Assembly: GCA_973895155.1 (NCBI GenBank)
Contig: OZ316892.1
Span: 23,693,971 to 23,757,970 of the forward strand
From: Marsupella aquatica
Taxonomy: Eukaryota; Plantae; Marchantiophyta
Reading direction: 5' to 3'
Length of the DNA stretch: 64,000 nt
In this document: positions 13,173-25,010 of the stretch, piece after piece
How positions within the stretch are numbered: the first letter of the stretch is position 1
How the letters are laid out: every line of letters begins with the position of its first letter
Position numbers and translations under genes: made by a program
The notes under the pieces: model-generated
Seen by the model: the letters and a program-made list of their open reading frames with translations, nothing else
What the model was told of the DNA's origin: nothing
The model's database searches: none

Positions 13173-14132
13173 GTGCCCCGTAGGCCCCCTCCTCCATTGA
13201 TCTCTAAAGAGCTATGGCTAGACACATTCTTGGCTAGTGCAAGACGGATGCTTGCATCAACATCTACACCCCCTCCTCCTGCCCCGTGCCCCAATGGTGA
13301 GGGCGGGAGTGTACCTGTAGCAAGGGTGGAGGACATTGAGCAAGGTGACCTGGAGGTACCTCCATCTAGGGTTTTACGCACCGGCCCACGCTCCCATAGG
13401 CATAGGAGACATTATGAACCATTGGGCACTCGTGAGTCTCAAGACCCAAACTTGGTAGGTCCGCCTATGATGAAGCCAGGTGAGGGTTATGTGGTAGTGG
13501 AGGGTAGGTTGGGATTGTCATATCTCACTGGAAAGGCGTTGCCTCTTGTGAAGGACTTCTCGTCTGAGATATTCAAAATCCCTCAAGGCATACCCACTAA
13601 TGCCCCTATAGAGATATGGGGCCGTCATTGGATAGTGCAGTCATCTTCCCTTGGTGTTGATGTAGGATTTGGGTTATTTGCTTTGGAGGACATTGTGGTC
13701 CATCCAAAGCCATGGCGAAGAGGTTATGATGGGGAACACTTATTTCCTTATATTGGCCCTATATACACTGCCAAGAATTGGAACATTATTTTACGGCAAC
13801 AACCATCATGGGGAGTGTATGCATTGCAAATGGATTCCGATCCGGATGAGGTCCTCAAGAGGCCTTGGCATTGTAGGATGATTGATGGTGATCCTGTGCG
13901 ATGTGATAACATCGCTGGGTATATCAATAGTACCAAAGGGAGAGGACGAGGACTTCAATCAAATGTAGAGTGGGTTCAGATTTTTGGGGCACCGCCACCA
14001 CCTTACTATGTGAAGCATATGGATGACCATGTTATGACTGTAGCCATTAGGACTATTAGGGCTGGTGAGGAACTCTTTTGTGACTATGATTGGAACGCGC
14101 CTAAGATGGCCATACGGTGTCGTCCTTCATAG
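13173..14132 (+). CDS. SET-domain protein exon inside the CACTA element (putative lysine methyltransferase), 319 codons, intact
   Basis: SET motifs appear in order: VGFGLFALEDI (motif I), PYIGPIY (YxG), IDGDP..NIAGYINS...NVEW (motif III variant) and AIRTIRAGEELFCDYDW (motif IV). A T-rich acceptor ...GAATAG| at 13172 precedes it. Confidence 0.88.
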   Translation: MPRRPPPPLISKELWLDTFLASARRMLASTSTPPPPAPCPNGEGGSVPVARVEDIEQGDLEVPPSRVLRTGPRSHRHRRHYEPLGTRESQDPNLVGPPMMKPGEGYVVVEGRLGLSYLTGKALPLVKDFSSEIFKIPQGIPTNAPIEIWGRHWIVQSSSLGVDVGFGLFALEDIVVHPKPWRRGYDGEHLFPYIGPIYTAKNWNIILRQQPSWGVYALQMDSDPDEVLKRPWHCRMIDGDPVRCDNIAGYINSTKGRGRGLQSNVEWVQIFGAPPPPYYVKHMDDHVMTVAIRTIRAGEELFCDYDWNAPKMAIRCRPS

Positions 14133-14319
14133 CACATACAAACATGTGTATATGTTCACTTTTATAAAAATATTACTTGAGTCATTCTCTAATTGGTTTC
14201 AAGAGCTATGGAGTCTTTTGACTCATTCATATATGGATGTCTCAATTGTTGGTTGAGAGACCTGGACTTATATCATTCTCATTGTTTTCTTTTGTGTATG
14301 ATAGAATGCATTTGTTCAG

Positions 14320-17300
14320 CCAGATATTGAGGTATTATCACGAGCTGTGCGACAACATCTCCTTCAGGCCATGGATGGTAGGCAAGGGGGTCAACCTTTT
14401 GAGGATATGGACATTCCACATGAACTACCTAATGCTACCCAAGAAAGAGTGGATGAGGACCGGGCTATGGATGAGTTGATGCACCAATTCATGGATGCAG
14501 ATGAGGGTGATCCCCGGGGTGATCATGACCCAGGTGACTGGGAGGACATTGACTTACCTCCTCCTCATAGGCATACTCCTTCACGGAATTGACACTTGCA
14601 CCAGTGGGAGGAGGCTCAAGAGCATGCACGGACTCGTCTTTTTGAGGGGTCTAGATTATCTCGTCTTTCAGCAATCATGTTATTACTGAACTTGCAGCAA
14701 AGACATGGAGCAAGCAACTTGCTTCTTGATGATATTTTCAGGACATTGCATGATCGTATGTTACCAGAGGGGAATAACTTGCCAGCATCATGGAAAGAGG
14801 CAAAGAAAGTGTTGAAGTCCATAGGCCTCAAGTATGAGGTCATACATGCTTGTGTGAATGATTGTGTTTTGTTCAGGAAGGAGCACTCAAATGCTCTTAC
14901 ATGTCCTGTGTGCAATGCGCCAAGATATCGTGAGGATATGTTGACAGGAAGAGTACCTCAAAAGGTTATGAGGTACTTTCCCCTTATTCCTCATTTGCGT
15001 CACCAGTTTCGATGTGCAGAGTTGGCTAAGTATATGGTATGGCATTCCCAACACCGTTCAGACACTACTCAGGATCCAACCATGCGCATGATGGTTGACT
15101 CTCCTGCAAACAGATTTGTGGAAGAGCGTTGGGGTGAGTTCAAGACTGACCCTCGTCATGTTCGCCTTGGTTTGGCATCAGACGGCATTAGCCCATTTGC
15201 ACTGGCCGGCAAGGCCAAACCATACTCTGTATGGCCAGTAGTCCTCACTAACTACAACATCCCACCATGGATGGCCATGAAGGAGGGTCATTTGCTCCTA
15301 TCTATGATTATTCCTGGCCCTAAGCAAGTGAAGAAGATTGATGTATACTTGCAACCGTTGATTGAGGAGCTACAGAAACTTTGGGGGGGAGTGGATTGCT
15401 ATGATGGTCGAGTGCATACAGGGGGCTTACCCCGTGAGTTTCAGCTCAAAGCCATTCTTATGTGGACCATGCATGATCTTCCAGGTACCCAACTCTTTAT
15501 AAATTAAGTATGGCTTGTGCAGCTACCCATATATATATATATCGTTCTGTTTATTTTTTTTCCCTTTGGTTTGGTTTCAAAACTTAATGGGTTTTAATTT
15601 GTGACCATTGTTTGTGAAGGGTTTGGATATATTTCTGGCTTGCAAACTTCTGGATATCGTGCTTGCCCAACTTGTGGACCAGACTTGGAGGGAGTGGCAC
15701 GCCCAAAGTCTACCACCCTGCGGAAGATAGTTTACATTGGTCACACAAAGTATCTTCCTGAGGGGCATGACTGGAGGTATGATCCATTTTTGTATGACAC
15801 GGATGAGGGCCAGCCAGACACAAGACCTCAACCTTTACCGAAGGACCCAATATATTGGAAGGAGGTATGGGAGAGGGTGACTGATCCAGATGACCCATTA
15901 CCCTTGGGTAGATGTGGCATGACCCGTTTGTCTGCATTGGCACAACTTCCATATTGGGAACACATGCCGATAAATCATCTATTGGACCCTATGCATATTG
16001 AGGGGAATGTTGGGAGGTCATTGATCCGCCATCTATATGGAGAGAAAAACAACAATTGGAGGGAGAGTTGTGAGGAGATGGGGATGCATGGCCTTCATGG
16101 TTTTTGGCCATCTATGGACCCTGACCCTCCCCTTACTATCCATCCCCCATGGGTTTTCACAAGGAGTGAGCGAATAGAGTTTCGCAAGCGGATAGGGTCA
16201 ATGCGGTTTCCTACAGGGTATGGTGTCAATCTTCGCAAGGCATTTAGTGGAGATGACTCTCCAAAATGGCCAGCTTTCTTGAAGACCCACGATTATCATC
16301 GTCTATTGCAGCACGTTATTCCAGTTGCTATTATTGGATTGGGCAGCGAGGATCTTCGGGATGCACTTTGGTCATTGGGTAGATTGTTGAGATGGGTTTG
16401 TCAAAAGGAGGTCAACGAGGGAGAGATTGCTGCCATGGAGGTATTTGGAGTGGAGGTTGTGTGCAAGTTGGAGCGAGCACTCCCTCCTTCCTTCTTTGAT
16501 GGTCAAGTTCATTTTCTTGTACATCTAGTGCGTGAAGTAGCCATTGCAGGCCCAGTACATTGTCGTTGGATGTATTGGGTAGAGCGATTCATGGGAGTCA
16601 TGAAATCATATGTATCAAACCGTGCTAGGGTGGAAGGTAGCATTGCCGAACGTCACCTTGGAGCAGAGAGTATGTTCTATTGTACGAACATTGTGGCTAC
16701 ACTTGATCCAAATGCTCCAAGGGGTTGGATAGATGAGTCAGCACGAGAGGCAGATTATGAAGAGGATAGACTCACTGGAGCAAAGGGAGAACGACTACTA
16801 GGCTCTGCTGAACGTGTGCAACTCACCACATTCATGTTGTATAACTCACCAGAGATTGCAGGGGAGTGGACTGCATTTTATGAGGAGGAGAAAAGTAATA
16901 GTCGTCGGCCACGCCTCTTCCCCAAGTTTCTCCCATATATGAAGGAGAAGTTGACAGAGATTGATGCCTTGTTGGGTCAGGGTGAGAGTGTTTTGCACTT
17001 TCCGAAGGTCACCAATGACATTCGCACCCTTGTTCATGGTCCATTACTCATGGTCACGACTCGAACAGCCATGTGGTCAAAGGGGAGGCATTTTCGAATC
17101 CAACATCTTGATATGAAGAGAGCAGCAACACAAGATTGTGGGGTGATGGGGTGGTTCACCCAAGAGTCACAAAGTAGCACTTCTGACCGGAATCCAATAC
17201 GTTCAACTGTGGCCCACTATGGGAAGATAGAGGAGATTCTTATCGTAAATTATCATGCCCATACAACCTTGGAGGAGGTGGTGTTCAAGTGCAAATGGTT

Positions 17301-17574
17301 TCGGATGAATCTTGTTGGCCATAATCGGACCTGTGAAGAAGATGCATGTGGGTTCACACGATTGAAGACCAGTGCAACTAGTGTTATTAGTTCCAATTGG
17401 AGGACCTCAGATCCATTTGCATTTCCCCATTATTTGGAGCAATCTTTCTATCTTCCTTATCCGAATGACCCAGAGTGGTCCATTGTTATGCCTTACATCC
17501 CTCGCTCACGATCCATTGTTCAAGACAAGCCAAGTGTAGTTGTAGTAGAGGATTTGGACCCCTCATTACAATAG
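14320..17574 (+). pseudogene. EnSpm/CACTA TnpD-like transposase (Transposase_21, DUF4218, DUF4216), one in-frame stop at 14590-14592, intron 15485-15619
   Basis: Motifs IHACVNDCVLF..CPVCNAPRY, RLGLASDGISPF, YSVWPV..NYNIPPW, IDVYLQPLIEEL, HDLPG|FGYISG..ACPTC (across a GT..AG intron), DPMHIEGNV, KTHDYH, PPSFFD..HLV..GPVHCRWMYWVERFM and YGKIEEI..FKCKWF..DPFAFP. Confidence 0.96.
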
Positions 17575-18374
17575 ATGCGACCTAGGTAAAACCCCTATAT
17601 GTTTTATCTTCATGGATATCATATACATTTTGTCATGTCATTTCACACATGCCCAAAGATTCATTGGTTGGATATAATTTTGGATACAACTGTATATAGT
17701 CCCTTGACACAATCCAAATTGCAATCCCTAAGTAATATATGCATTTGAGTTACGTCCATTTATTCTCGATACCATTTCCCATGCTTAAAATAACGGAAGC
17801 CCATCGGAACACCTCCTTGTTCAAATCTTGACCTCGAACCACATATATCCGATATAAACCCTTTCGGACTCCATTTCCGATTCTTGTAGCATCGAACTTA
17901 TTTGTGATACACACTACTTCGGAAAACATTTCGGATACCCAACCTATCGGAAGCACTAAGCAATACATTTTCGATCGCAATATTTCCGTAATTTACTCAA
18001 TCGGACATCAAATGCGATACTTCAGGGATCGGAAATTTAGTAACAATTTTTAGAAGAGGGGTCCGATAGTCAAGACATCGGATATGTTCCGATATTAGGA
18101 GTATCGCAAATTATGTCCGATATTTTGGAAATCGGATACTGTGTTTCCGAAGCTGTGGGGATCGCAAGTTCCGATATTTTTGTGAACAAAAGTTTGCATA
18201 ACTCTGGCTATCGAACGCCTATTTCATGTTTCAGCGGGAGCATCGGAAAATGAGCAAAAATATACTAGTGAGTGTGCTCATTTTCACTTTATTTAGAGTA
18301 TCCCTTTGTACTTTCCAAGAGGGCATGGATCGATGTCTAGGCCCTTGGATCAAGTGCCTATAAGTATGCTAGTA

Positions 18375-18535
18375 CTATTCATAGTTGGTGAAACTATTAT
18401 GCGTACTTGGTGGAATTATTATGCGTAATTAGTGGAACTAGTATGTATAGTTGGTGAAACTATTATGCGTAATTGGTGAAACTACTATGCATAGTTGATG
18501 AAACTATTATGCATAATTGGTGAAACTACAATGTA
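18375..18535. repeat. Minisatellite of about 22-bp units (TTGGTGAAACTATTATGCGTAA-like) just outside the CACTA right end
   Basis: About 7 diverged copies of GGTGAAACTA(T/C)TATGC. Confidence 0.75.
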
Positions 18536-20994
18536 TCATTGTAGAATGTACACAGTGCATACAAAATATAACATATATGCTATAATAATATTACTATGAA
18601 GTTCTTAAGTAAAATCATTTTCACATAAACTCAAATAACACAATATATATTTTAGTCTTCTAAATGAAATCTTCACAACAACATCCTAGAACATTTTTGT
18701 TTATACTATACAAATTTCTACATTGGAAAGATTTCTAAACTCATAAAATTTGTCTGATTGCATCTTTTTGTCGGGCTTTTTGTATTGTACTTCTCAGGGA
18801 GAGCACTAATTTAGTTTGCATTTTTTAGTAATTTGTCTCTTTGAGCCTACGCTAAGGATGCATTGGTTGATATCTAATCTTATCAAATTGGTCTTTAGTT
18901 TCATTAAGGAATCTTTTGGCAGTTTGGGATGACTTAAATGTTCAAATGAAGAAGACTTGGATCAAGCTTCAAGTTGTCAATTTAATGAGAGCATCTTGGA
19001 AAACCGGCCATCTTTCAAATTTGCTGACCTTGGGGAACCGCTTATTTTCATCATTCTGGTTTGATGGTGTATTTTGGATCACCCACAATTGGCAATCCAA
19101 TATACATGGCATACGATATGTTGATGATAGATAGAAGAATTGTGGAATGATTTGACATGTTATCTGAACACAACGATAATTATATGTGTTGTTTTGTTCA
19201 CATTAGTGCGATAGGATAGGGGGTGATCGCGGTGCAACTTGAGATCTTTTCTCAATTAAGAGTTCAATTCACATATGTTACATGTTACATGGATTGGTTG
19301 ATAGAATGGATTATTCATATTGTGACTTTAAAGGTCATCCCATATATGTATGCAAGGTTTATATTGAGATGACTTTTAAGGTACACAATATAAATTATAT
19401 ATATATTGAAATATTTGAGAAAAACTTTTAGGTCATAGAGGAGGAAAAATTATTTCAGCTCGCGTCATGTGTGACATACTACTTCATAAGGTATTTGAAT
19501 AAATTTAATTATTCTTTGTTAGCTTCTTTTTCAATATGTGTAATTTTAAAGTATTTAAAGAAAGAAAGAGGGAGGGAAATTTTATTATGTGTATGCACCC
19601 CTTTGAAAGTGTCACACATGGTTGTTAGTTTATTTTTGAGCTTATTAAGACTTATAGTTATCTCTTTGTGTGTAATTCCAGTGTAGTTGAAAACTTTAGC
19701 CTTAGTCAACTTTGAACCTAGAAGATTGAGTTAATAGTGATAGTTTTAAGGTAAATTAGATTAACCTTTTGTGATATTCTAATCAAATCTTTGTAGGTGA
19801 TGAAAACTCTGAATTTTTGGTAGATTTTAGATAGAGAAATCTACCCAAAAAATGTCACGCAAAACAAACATGTCTTTAGAAAAGTTGAGGTCATTTTTGT
19901 TTCGCATTTTAACACTTTGGTTTTTTGACATTGTCTTAGAATAGTTTTATGTTTTTGTAACTTTAGACTAAATTAACATCTTTATGTATTTTATTAGTAG
20001 ACTTATATTACTCCAAAAAGTCTTAATAGTTTCTAGAGTAGAGATTATATGTAGTAGAAAAAGTTGGAAAAATTGTAGCACTTTTGAAGTTCAGGTTAGG
20101 GAGTTAAAAAATTTCAAAAGTTAGGGGTTTAGTCAAAACCATGTCTGCAACGGAGGTAATCAAATATAGTTGAAAATAGATGACCAGGGTAATCTAAAAT
20201 TTGGACAGTGCAAGCTAAAGTTGATCAGGGTATTCTAAAATCAACTAGGGTACTCTAATGTGGACGAGGGTAATCATATACACATGGGAAATGGCACCTA
20301 GGGTAATCTAAAATTACCTAAGGTATTATATTATGTTATGATACTCTAAAAACATTGAGGGTATCCAAAGAAAGAAAATAAGATAAAGAAGGTAATCATA
20401 GGAGTAAAGAAAATTTTTAAAATTATTTAGTCGGTGATAAGCCTGATTGAGGCATGAAATTAGGTGGAAATGAAGACTCCATCAACAATTGATTGATGAA
20501 ATATGGTGGATTAGGTGGTCATCAATTGCAGGCAACAAAGTGAAGCAATTGTGACCTAGAAAGACAAGTCAAATTGGATAAATAATGTCAAATTATAAGT
20601 CACCAAAATTGAAATTCACAGAAAACGAATGGTATGAAACTTTAGCAACACCAAATATTTTATAGTGCCACATTCGCTTGATCATTTTGGTTGGAAACTT
20701 TTATGAAGTTAGGAAAAAAGTAGGCGCACCTTTTGGCAAAGTATGAGCACCAACCAAGGTTGGTTGGTGAGAAAAAAATTAGATGCTGAAGGGGGGTATG
20801 CAGCTTTTTATCTTTTGCTGCAACTACCCCCAACTCTTTGAACTCCCCCGACTGTCTACTCCCAAACCCCGCCCAGAAAACACTGTCCCCCAAACCCGTC
20901 TCGGCTCGATCCCTGACCCCCAAGCTTCACGCCAGTCCCCCAAACCCAAGCCCGTTTCCGATCAGCTTTGAAGCCCGGCTCCTTGGACCAAGGA

Positions 20995-21105
20995 AGACCG
21001 AGGGGAGTCCAAGAAGTGTTCAAGGGGTCCGAGGGAGTCCGAGAAGTAAACGGGGTGGTCCGAGGGAGTTCAAGAAGTGTCCAGGGTGGTCCGAGGGAGT
21101 TCAAG
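20995..21105. repeat. Short tandem repeat, about 30-bp unit (GTCCGAGGGAGT(C/T)CAAGAAGTG)
   Basis: About 4 copies of CCGAGGGAGT(C/T)C(A/G)AGAAG. Confidence 0.7.
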
Positions 21106-21509
21106 AGAATTTTGGCAAATATACATCAAACTTCCAGTTTTGGGATAGTCATTTGATGATTTTACGTGCCCGACAAGTCAACAAGGTGCCTATCAAAGTT
21201 AAATCGGGTTCTATAGGGCTGACCGGGGATATGTAGCCGCAAAGCGGCTACCGATGGCAGTCGTCGAGGTTGCAATGGGTGCAAAAGAGGCAGGCCAAGA
21301 GGAGGTCCGACGGCGACAGGCAACGATGCAGGGCGGGATGGCAAGGAACTCGCCGGCCAGAGCTGCAGGTCATGTCATGGTCGGAGCTGCAACAACTAGT
21401 ACACCGAGAGAGGGGGGAAGGGAGAGGCAATGATATCGGGGAGGGCACGAGGTCAACTCTGATTGTGTGTATACACACAGAGGGTATACACACATAAGGT
21501 GTGAAAAAA

Positions 21510-22728
21510 CCCCTTTAAAACCAAAACTTTGCCACTAAAAAAAATACGCCCTTACACACATTTGCCTCCACAATTCCAAATTGTATTAATCGGCAACATT
21601 TGTTGCTTCAGCAGAGAAAAAACTTTCCGTCGTGTCACACTCTCTCCATGTCAAGTGCCAATCCTGGACTCAAAATGACCATCTCACCGTGATCACTCTG
21701 TTGAGTCGTAACACTTTGCATTTCTCTCCCTCCCAAGCAAAGCGTGATGTCGAGAAACCCACTTAGCCAAGGTTATGTCTCCATAGCCATGAAAAAACCA
21801 GAAATATATTTTTTGCTTGTTGCGTTGCACTCGGTTCACCCTCGACAACAAAACAGATACCAAAATGACCAGTTTTGCCCAATCTACAATTTGGGCTATA
21901 GCATGCTATGACTCATGCAAAGTAAAGCTCACACTGTTGAGAAAACAATTTCAGGTCCTTTCTCCGTTGAAGAAACCGTCGAACACAAATCATTTTCACA
22001 AAAAATCCATAACAATAAAAACTTGAATTCCGCCACACCACAAACTCAAAATTAGTGATTTCTAAGCATCGTTAAAAAGCCCTTGCCCTGATCTATCCGA
22101 TGAGCCCAACACCTCCAAGTTCCATGCGACGAAACTCCTGAAATCTTCTGACACTAATCAACGAAAAAAACCATCATTAACACTTTACAAAAAAATCCTA
22201 TCGTCACTCCCAAGCTTGCTCTGATACCAATTGATGATCCAAATAGATAGCATGACGTCTCATAATCATCATTCATATAGCACTCAAATACATTGACACA
22301 AAGATACGTGGTTCACCCTGTTAGGGCTACATCCAAGGCCGCACCAAGAGCTTTACTATGAACATAAAAAGTACATATCACCATAGCTCCATGGTCCAAG
22401 CTTTCTCACTCTCACACAAAGTTCTACACTAAGTGTTCTATCTCCATGGGATACAAAGAGGGTTATCTCTTCATGAAGAGTCTAGTCAACTAATGCTAAC
22501 TCCGATTAACTTACTCTAGTTAACCTAACCAAGGTTAAGTCAAAACTCTAATAGTTCAGTTGTAGCAATATACTGATCCATAAATATGGAGAAAGCGGTT
22601 TCAATAGCATATTAGCATCGCTAGAACCGTTTGTGATACCCACAACTCTAATCACTAGAATTAATATTTTAATCCAAATCTATGAATTAGTAGATATCAT
22701 GCATGGGTTAACTTCATGAGAACCAACA
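21510..22728 (-). mobile_element. Truncated Copia 5' end (LTR about 22232-22728, PBS, leader), related to the Copia at 24667
   Basis: A minus-strand PBS TGGTATCAGAGC (tRNA-iMet) lies at 22218-22229. The reverse complement matches the 24667 element in the LTR (AACCACGTATC..TTTGTGTC) and in the leader (GGTCATTTTGAGTCCAGGATTGGCAC). The distal LTR end is uncertain. Confidence 0.75.
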
Positions 22729-22729
22729 T

Positions 22730-24666
22730 ACTCTTTTCACAAATTACGGTCACCCAAACAACATACTAGGATGCCATGGCTGTTGTACGCACATACGGCC
22801 CACGAGATCTCTTCATTATGTTAACTTGCAATCCAAAGTGGCCAAAGATCAAATTAAAGTAGAGTACCTTGAGGTTCAAAGTCCAACCAAGTGAGATGAA
22901 ATTATGGCACAATACTTCAAACTATAACTAAGAGCGTTGTTGGTAGAGGTTTGCCAAGGGGTCTTAGAAAGACCCATTGCCTCTATGTATGTCATAGAGT
23001 TCCAAAAACGTGGGTTGCTTCATGCCCACACATTGATCATTGTGGCAGAGCGGCACAAGATTTGAACCCTTGACGAGGTGGATGAGTTGGTTTGTGCCAA
23101 GATCCCTAATAGAGTAAAATATCCTTGACTTCATGAGACAATAACAAAGTCCATGGTCCATGTGACATAGGTTATCTAAACTTGCCATGCATGGAAGATG
23201 GGAAGTTCACTAAGCGTCATTCTTAGAGACACAATTTGAGGACGGAGGCCATCCTTTGTATCGGCGGCGAGACAATGGGCAGTCATTCACAAGGATAGGA
23301 ATGGATTTAGGTTTGACAATAGATGGGTTGTTCCCTATAGCCCATACTTGAACATGAAATATAATGCTCACATTAATGTGGAGATTTATTGTTCCATTAA
23401 GGTGATTAAGCATTTATACATGTATGTAAATAAGGGGCATGATCGGGCAACGGTGGAAGTTGGAAGTTGCGGGATGAAATCAAAATATATCTTCATGCAT
23501 GTTATATGTTTGCGGCGGAACGGACGTGGCAGATTTTCCAATTTAAAATGGCAGAGAGTAGTACTTATGTCCAACGTTTCCAAGTGCATTGTGAAAGGTA
23601 GCAGACAATAATGTTCAACAAAGATGTAGACATTGTAGACGTGGTTGAAAGGGAACCAAACAGGGATACCACTTTGACAGGATGGTTCAAGACAAACACA
23701 ATGTTTGAATTAGCACGCCATGTCACGTACATAAATTTTCCTCAAGAATGGACGTGGAACAAGGCGGTATGCAAATGGACTCTGCATCAACAGGGGTTTA
23801 GCATTGGGTGAATGTACTTTATGGCGCCATCGGCAGGGGAGAGATATTATTTGCAAGCCCTCTTGATTGTTGTCACTAGGGCTCATAATTTTGAAGATCT
23901 TTGTACTTTTGAGAATGTGGTGCATCCACCGTTCAAAGAGACTGTTCCCTCGCGCGTGGATTGTACAAGAATGATGTTGAGTGGGATAGGTGCCTTAGTG
24001 AGGCGGGCCTCATGCAGACCGGCTCACAACTTTGATGACTGTTCATAACAATCCTCATCTTTGGAAGTCCAACACAACCCTGTGATCTGTCGACAAGACA
24101 CTCTTCAAAGTTAAGTGACGATTGTTCTCATCGCCTTCTAAGCATTGGTATTCTTGAAGAAATCTCACATTTGTCACTTGCTTAGAAGGCGATGAGAACA
24201 ATGCTTAGAAGGTGATGAGAACATTTGTCATTGTGTAAAGACGTTCAAGCTAATGGAGAATATGCCTGCGCGCCATACACCCACGTCAATCGAGTTTGGG
24301 AACCAGACTTTCCAAGAATGGCTCCTTTAACTTGGGGATGATAAATTGCCAAAGCAAGGAGCGTCAAATAACATGATTATGGTCCTGCCATCCATTGTGG
24401 GGAACATTGTTGATACCGATTCCTTGATTCGTGCAATTTATACATTATTGGAGAATATTGATGACAAGTTCCTAAGCGAGAGAACAATATTGGCACCAAC
24501 AAATGAGGAGGCGTTGAAGATCAACAGTTTAATATTGGAAGGGCTTGTAGGAGATTGCACACCTTCTTAAGTATAGATCGCCCAAATCAATTGGAAAGAC
24601 ATGACTTTTACCCTACTGAGTTCTTGAATATGCTCACACCCAATAGTTTGCCTCCGCATAAGGTAG
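22730..24666 (+). mobile_element. Degenerate Helitron Rep-PIF1 helicase remnant
   Basis: Fragments across frames: DAMAVVRTYGPRDLFIMLTCNPKWP, YVIEFQKRGLLHAHTL (Rep HUH motif), DNRWVVPY, YNAHINVE..KHLYMYVNKGHDRA, TTLTGWF..N, GERYYL, ILAPTNE, YPTEFLN.LTP..LPPHK. There are many stops, and the helicase core is largely deleted. Confidence 0.92.
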
Positions 24667-25010
24667 TGTTAGAATTTACTCTTAGGTCTAGAGTTACGAT
24701 TGTACCATAGTTAAGGCTAACCTTAGTCGCAGACTTGGTTAGGTTAGTCATGCTGTGCACACTCTATAACCAAGCGGTGTTTGCTTGGAGAGTGGGAACT
24801 CAGGCTTATTATTACGGAGCTAGTTGAGAGATAGAGAGAGCTTGCGTTGTGAATGCTTGGTATGGCCGTCGGCCTAGAGTGCAGTAAAGCTCGTGTGTGT
24901 TCCCGTGGACGTAGCCTCATGTGGAGGTAAACCACGTATCTCTTTGTGTCGACTCTTGTGCGTTGGATGGTTCATGGGTTTGTCATTGCGATTGTCGTCT
25001 ATGCTCAACA
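24667..25010 (+). repeat. Copia 5' LTR (344 bp)
   Basis: Starts TGTTAGAA where the Helitron PPHK.. sequence ends, and ends CAACA immediately before the PBS. Confidence 0.75.

Larger units (their letters stand above)
10360..18270 (+). mobile_element. CACTA/EnSpm DNA transposon, mildly degenerate; left boundary approximate
   Basis: Contains an EnSpm transposase. The right end is ...TATACTAGTG (18270; reverse complement CACTAGTATA). TCCGA/TCGGA-rich subterminal-type repeats lie at about 10380-10600, 11830-12000 and 17760-18250. No matching left TIR or TSD was found. Confidence 0.85.
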
